Source: Candidatus Latescibacterota bacterium (GTDB lineage: Bacteria; Latescibacterota; UBA2968; SICM01). From it: 64,000 nucleotides of DNA. Both the position numbers and the translations under genes were made by a program. Positions 57,999 through 64,000 of the stretch are shown here, piece after piece. A model generated the notes under the pieces. It worked only from the letters and a program-made list of their open reading frames with translations, was not told where the DNA came from and ran no database searches. Within the stretch, counting starts at the first letter, position 1. Each line of letters starts with the position of its first letter. The DNA lies in contig CBDCJO010000002.1 in assembly GCA_965217865.1 (NCBI GenBank), positions 2,720,001 to 2,784,000 on the forward strand, given 5' to 3'.

Positions 57999-58952
57999 AT
58001 GAAAATATGCTTGATAACGCCGGCCCCTCCACACTCAAGAAAAGGAAACCGGGTGACCGCCCTTCGATGGGCCCGAATCCTCCGAGGACTTGGCCATCGC
58101 GTGGAGGTCCAGGAGGCGTATCGCGGCCAATCCTGTGACCTGATGGTTGCCCTTCACGCCCGCCGCAGCTTTCCCTCGATAAGTCGCTTTCGACTCGAGC
58201 GCCCCCGTCTCCCGATCGTCCTTGCCATGACCGGAACCGACCTCTATGGGGATATCCATACCGACCCGAATGCCCGCCGGTCGCTCGAAATGGCCTCTCG
58301 CCTCGTGCTCCTTCAACGCACGGGCCTCTTGGAACTTCCAAAACCATTGCGATCGAAGGCCCGGGTGATCTACCAGTCTGCAGGGTGACCGAAGGGTCGT
58401 TTTGCCCCCCGGGCGGGGGTATTCGAAGTCTGCGTTCTGGGTCACCTCCGGGAGGTGAAGGATCCCTTCCGGACTGCCGCTGCCGCCCGGTTGCTCCCCC
58501 CGACCTCGCGCATCGAAGTGCTACAGATCGGAGGCGCCCTCAGCCCGGAGATGAGAGACCGGGCCCGGTCCGAGGAGAGCTCCAATCCCCGTTATCGCTG
58601 GCTTGGGGAATACCCCCGCTGGAAGGCGCTTCGCATCCTGGCGCGTACCCGCCTGCTCGTATTGACTTCACTTATGGAGGGTGGGGCGAATGCGGTCTCG
58701 GAAGCCCTCGCGTGTGCTGTCCCGGTCCTGTCGTCGATGATCTCTGGGTCGATCGGAATTCTGGGCGAGGACTATCCGGGATACTTTCCGGCCGAGGACA
58801 CCTCAGCCCTCGCCAAATTGATGGCCCGTGCCGAGGGGGATCCCGAATTCTACCGGGACCTCAAGCGCCGGTGTAAACGGCTCGCCCCCCTGGTGTCCCC
58901 CACCCGCGAACGGGAAGGATGGAATAACCTCCTCCTGGAACTCTCCCAATAA
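57999..58952 (+). CDS. senB: Selenosugar synthase SenB-like GT-B glycosyltransferase containing an in-frame TGA at 58386-58388 (recoded or pseudogene)
   Basis: ITP...GNRVTALRWA, ALHARRS, TGTDLY; the same frame continues after TGA to GHLR.VKDP and S..EGGAN. Confidence 0.8.
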
Positions 58953-58968
58953 ATCAGCTGGTCATGAA

Positions 58969-59936
58969 ATGCTTAAGGTGGCAATCATCGGTGCCGGTGG
59001 GATCGGAGGGCATCACGCCCACTGGTACCACCTCTCAAACACTCGGGTCACAGCCTTCGCCGGGACCTCGGAGGCAAGCTGCGAAAAGACGGCTGCCCGC
59101 CTTCGGGAGTCATTCGGGTTTTCCGGTAAGGGCTACGCCAACGTTCACCGGATGCTGGAACGGGAACAACCGGACATCGTCGGCATATGCAGCCCCCCCG
59201 ATCGCCATACCGAACACACACTGGCCGCCCTCGAAGCCGGCGCACGGGTCCTCTGCGAAAAACCCCTCGTCGTGGATTTCTCGAAAGATCCCGAGTCCTG
59301 GATCGCCCAAGGGGTTCAGATGGTTGAACGGGCGCTGTCCCTCGAGCGCAGTTTTGGGATGACCCCGCAACTTGCGGCCGCAGCCCCATTCTACTGGCAG
59401 CTCTACCGGAAATTCCGGGACCCTTCAGATACGATTACCGAATTTTTCGGGGAGATGAAGAACAGGCCCCGCCGTGGGGAAAAGAGGTTCGATCAGCTCT
59501 GGTGCGACCTCTCCCCTCACCTGCTTGCCCTTTTAATTCAGTTTTGTCCTGGTGGGGAGATCGATCCGTCCACCATATCCTGCCGGATCGGCGCGCAGGA
59601 CACTCGGGCCGAATTCGAATGGGCGGGCCCTGCAGGCAACATCCACACCCGGATTTTGTTAAGCCAGACCGCCGAAGATCCGCCTGTCCGGAGGTTCGGC
59701 GTCAACGGTTTCCTAGCCGAGTGGACCGGATACAGAGATGAGAAAGGGGTCTACCGGGCCATCCTGAAACACGGGAGGCCGAGATCCGATCCGACGACTA
59801 TTTACACCGCCTGATCGCAGATTTTGTTGCGCACGTTCGCGGTGAGGGGGGAAAAGTCTGGGTGGATGGTGAAAAGGCCCTCCGAAATCTCAAAGCTCAG
59901 GTCCAGTTGCTCCAACACGCCAGGAGGGAACGATAA
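58969..59936 (+). CDS. Gfo/Idh/MocA family oxidoreductase; frameshift at about 59775 (one G missing from a G run)
   Basis: IIGAGGIG, CEKPL; the alternative frame continues EAEIRSDDYLHRLIADFV...ALRNL to TAA at 59936. Confidence 0.75.
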
Positions 59937-60004
59937 GCCCCGTCGGTTCCATGGCCCGATTCCAGTTTCACTTTGAATTTTTTCATGAAAGTATTTGGAC
60001 TTGG

Positions 60005-60590
60005 ATACCCCTTCCTTTGGAAGGGGAGGAAAAGTTTAGCTTGCCGAAGGCAAGCTAAAAGGCTGTCTTATCGTGTGCAGACCACTGAGACACAAATCGA
60101 CTCAGGAGGCATACGATGGGACTCCGACGGACCAGTCACGCAGTCTATGATAGCCAGTATCCTCTGGTATGGGCACCGAAGTATCGGAAATGGATTCTGC
60201 GAGGTGACCTTCGAGCGTATGTGGGCAAGCTGTTTCATCGGATAGCAGAGGATTTTGGTTTTGACATCCAAGAGATGGAAGTGGCCGAAGATCATGTGCA
60301 TATTTTCTTGTCGTTTCCTCCCCGGTATTCGATTTCTAAGGTAGTGGGCATTTTGAAGAGTATTTCGGGCAGCGGGGTCTTCCGAGAACATCCAGAGGTG
60401 AAACGGGAGTTATGGGGTGGAGAATTCTGGGAAGATGGTTATTTTGCCCGCACCGTAGGCGACAAGGTGACTTCTGAAGTGATTGAGCAATATATTCGGT
60501 ATCATCGTCAAGAGCAGAAAGGGCCCCTACAGTTGGATCTGTTTGGGGATGGGAGTGGTTAATGCCCCGCCCTTTGGGCGGGGTGGTTTA
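60005..60590 (+). mobile_element. IS200-like element (tnpA only); ends approximate
   Basis: Related subterminal hairpins CCCCTTCC-TTT-GGAAGGGG (60008) and GCCCCGCCC-TTT-GGGCGGGGT (60564) flank tnpA. Confidence 0.8.
60116..60562 (+). CDS. tnpA: IS200/IS605 Y1 HUH transposase
   Basis: VW.PKYRK, DHVHI, LKSIS, FWEDGYF..TVG, YIRYH. Confidence 0.93.
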   Translation: MGLRRTSHAVYDSQYPLVWAPKYRKWILRGDLRAYVGKLFHRIAEDFGFDIQEMEVAEDHVHIFLSFPPRYSISKVVGILKSISGSGVFREHPEVKRELWGGEFWEDGYFARTVGDKVTSEVIEQYIRYHRQEQKGPLQLDLFGDGSG

Positions 60591-60619
60591 CTTTGCATTT
60601 TTTACGTTGATATCATCCT

Positions 60620-61858
60620 GTGAAACGGGTTCTCTTCATCGCATATCACTACCCCCCGATCCAGGCGGGTTCGGAACGCTCGGTCAGGTTCATAAAGCAC
60701 CTCCCGCCTTTTGGGTATGAACCCGTGGTACTGACCACGTCGGCTTTCGGGAAAAAAAACGCGGGGGGTGCCATCCGGGCTTGGGAACCCCTTGCCCCGT
60801 ATCGTAAACTCTGGAACCCTGAGCGGGAAACGCCGCACATCCGGACGGGGGCAGGGGGTGCCCGCGGGATCATCGATTGGTTCCGCCGTTACATCCTTTT
60901 CCCCGATGCCCAAATCGGCTGGCTCCCCCACGCGATCTTGAACGGCCTGAGATGCATTCGAAAAATGGGAGTCCGCGTCATCTTCTCAAGCTACCCCCCG
61001 GCCTCGTCCCACCTGGTAGGCCTGGCCCTCAAACGCCTGACAGGCCTCCCGTGGGTGGCCGATTTCAGGGACTGCTGGACATACGATCGCCTCGATGCAT
61101 TTCGGGGGGATGAGGGCCTTTGGGCCCAGGCAGAACACGCCGTCGAAGCACGCGTCGTTCGAGAGGCCGACCGGGTTTTGGTCGTCACAGAGGTGTCCCG
61201 GAGGAATTTTCTGAGGAGGTACCCCGAGGCCTCACGCAAATTCGTCTACATACCGAACGGATTTGAGCCGGCGGAGATCGTGAACCGAGACACGACCAAG
61301 AACGCGCGTATGAGGATGGTACACACGGGCTCCTTTTCCCTCAGCCACCCAAGACGAAGTCCGGCCAAGTTGTTCGAGGCCATACGGAGAATGGACGAAT
61401 CTCCTGAGTTGGTCCTTGTCGGGCCCATGACGGAGACGGAAAAACAAATGGCGTCGGACCTGGTGCACCAAGGCCACGTTCGAATGATCGGGAATACGTC
61501 CCGGGAGGATGCCCGTGCCCACCAGCGTTCGGCGGACCTCCTCATCCTGATCGACCACCCCCGGGACGTTCGAGCGTCGAATATTCCCTCGAAATTCTAC
61601 GAATATATTTCCACGGGTCGGCCAACCCTCGCCCTTGTCCCCGATGGGGCCACACGGGAGATGATCGCGGAGTTGAAGGCTGGAATCGCCGTAGACCCGG
61701 AGTCAGTTGAGGAGATAAAAAGTGCGATCTTGAATTTCGCGGAACAATGGCGGAAATCGGGAAACCTCCGATCCGATATTTCTGCGGGCGCCCTCATCCC
61801 TTTTCATTGGGATCGACTCACAGCGCGGCTTGTGTCGACTTTCGAGGAAACCGCTTAA
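60620..61858 (+). CDS. GT4-family glycosyltransferase
   Basis: VLFIAYHYPP, FPDAQIGW, PWVADFRD, IPNGFE, PSKFYEY. Confidence 0.88.
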   Translation: MKRVLFIAYHYPPIQAGSERSVRFIKHLPPFGYEPVVLTTSAFGKKNAGGAIRAWEPLAPYRKLWNPERETPHIRTGAGGARGIIDWFRRYILFPDAQIGWLPHAILNGLRCIRKMGVRVIFSSYPPASSHLVGLALKRLTGLPWVADFRDCWTYDRLDAFRGDEGLWAQAEHAVEARVVREADRVLVVTEVSRRNFLRRYPEASRKFVYIPNGFEPAEIVNRDTTKNARMRMVHTGSFSLSHPRRSPAKLFEAIRRMDESPELVLVGPMTETEKQMASDLVHQGHVRMIGNTSREDARAHQRSADLLILIDHPRDVRASNIPSKFYEYISTGRPTLALVPDGATREMIAELKAGIAVDPESVEEIKSAILNFAEQWRKSGNLRSDISAGALIPFHWDRLTARLVSTFEETA

Positions 61859-61889
61859 ACAACGGGGGGGTTGGGACGGGAAAAAGGCC

Positions 61890-61966
61890 TTGACTTCTAG
61901 GAAAATCGCTTTATATTATCTCTTTGCTGGATCATAATTTTTGCAACCGAAATCGCTCTTTGAAAA
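61890..61966 (+). promoter_or_regulatory. rRNA promoter and boxA antiterminator
   Basis: TTGACT-N16-TATATT; boxA GCTCTTTGAAAA at about 61955; leader CCGAATAACGTGCACG pairs with CGTGCACGTTATTCGG in the ITS (processing stem). Confidence 0.75.
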
Positions 61967-62060
61967 CCGAATAACGTGCACGTGCCTTAATCGCTTGGCC
62001 AGCCTTTCTTCGGAAGGGCGAACTTAGCATGATTACGCTCAATTTTGCGTAACCGTTTTT

Positions 62061-63626
<1,566 letters not shown>

Positions 63627-63762
63627 AGTTTTATCGGGCTTTCGGTGTTTTTTCCTCCGATCGCTCGATCACTCTTAGGTCAATGTCCAAGTGGTTAGCC
63701 GTGCACGTTATTCGGTCTTTGAAGGGCGACTTTTGGGCTAATAGGCCAAGAAGGTTGCTTAA

Positions 63763-63836
<74 letters not shown>

Positions 63837-63873
63837 TTTTTCTGCTTGTTCACGACAACATTTCTATACCTTT

Positions 63874-63949
63874 GGGGATATAGCTCAGTTGGGAGAGCGC
63901 AGCCCTTGCAAGGCTGAGGTCACCGGTTCGATCCCGGTTATCTCCACCA
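63874..63949 (+). tRNA. tRNA-Ala(UGC)
   Basis: CAGCC-CTTGCAA-GGCTG anticodon arm, G3:U70, CCA encoded. Confidence 0.97.
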
Positions 63950-64000
63950 AGGCTCATAATAAGAGTTGTTCAAACGATCCGCCTTCGGGCGGCTGTTCTT

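Overview
Chromosomal 64 kb segment of a moderately GC-rich diderm bacterium. An uncultured FCB-group or Latescibacterota-like lineage is a guess from the 16S and gene content, not verified. Left to right: aminotransferase, NTP-transferase and SDR genes; a five-gene sigma54/two-component signalling cluster; ppdK; tRNA-Lys; a sulfur-carrier (CysO/CysM/Mec-type) cysteine cluster; a tandem, apparently translationally coupled array of six O-antigen-ligase(Wzy_C)-TPR paralogues downstream of rpsT, with a seventh copy at 40.9-43.2 kb; a peptidase-PD40-Omp85 fusion; envelope glycan, Lol and MoxR genes; a selenoneine-type senA-senB pair; an IS200-type tnpA; and the start of an rRNA operon (16S, tRNA-Ile, tRNA-Ala). 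Five of the six array copies carry distinct lesions: an IS1380 insertion, an inversion with deletions, a microhomology deletion, a compensated frameshift and a 33-bp duplication. senB is interrupted by a single in-frame UGA followed by a SECIS-like hairpin. The best candidates for new biology are the ligase-TPR array, the possible UGA recoding of senB, and a promoter/structured-RNA/terminator unit at 44.7-44.9 kb. Single-base homopolymer frameshifts elsewhere mean some lesions may be assembly errors.
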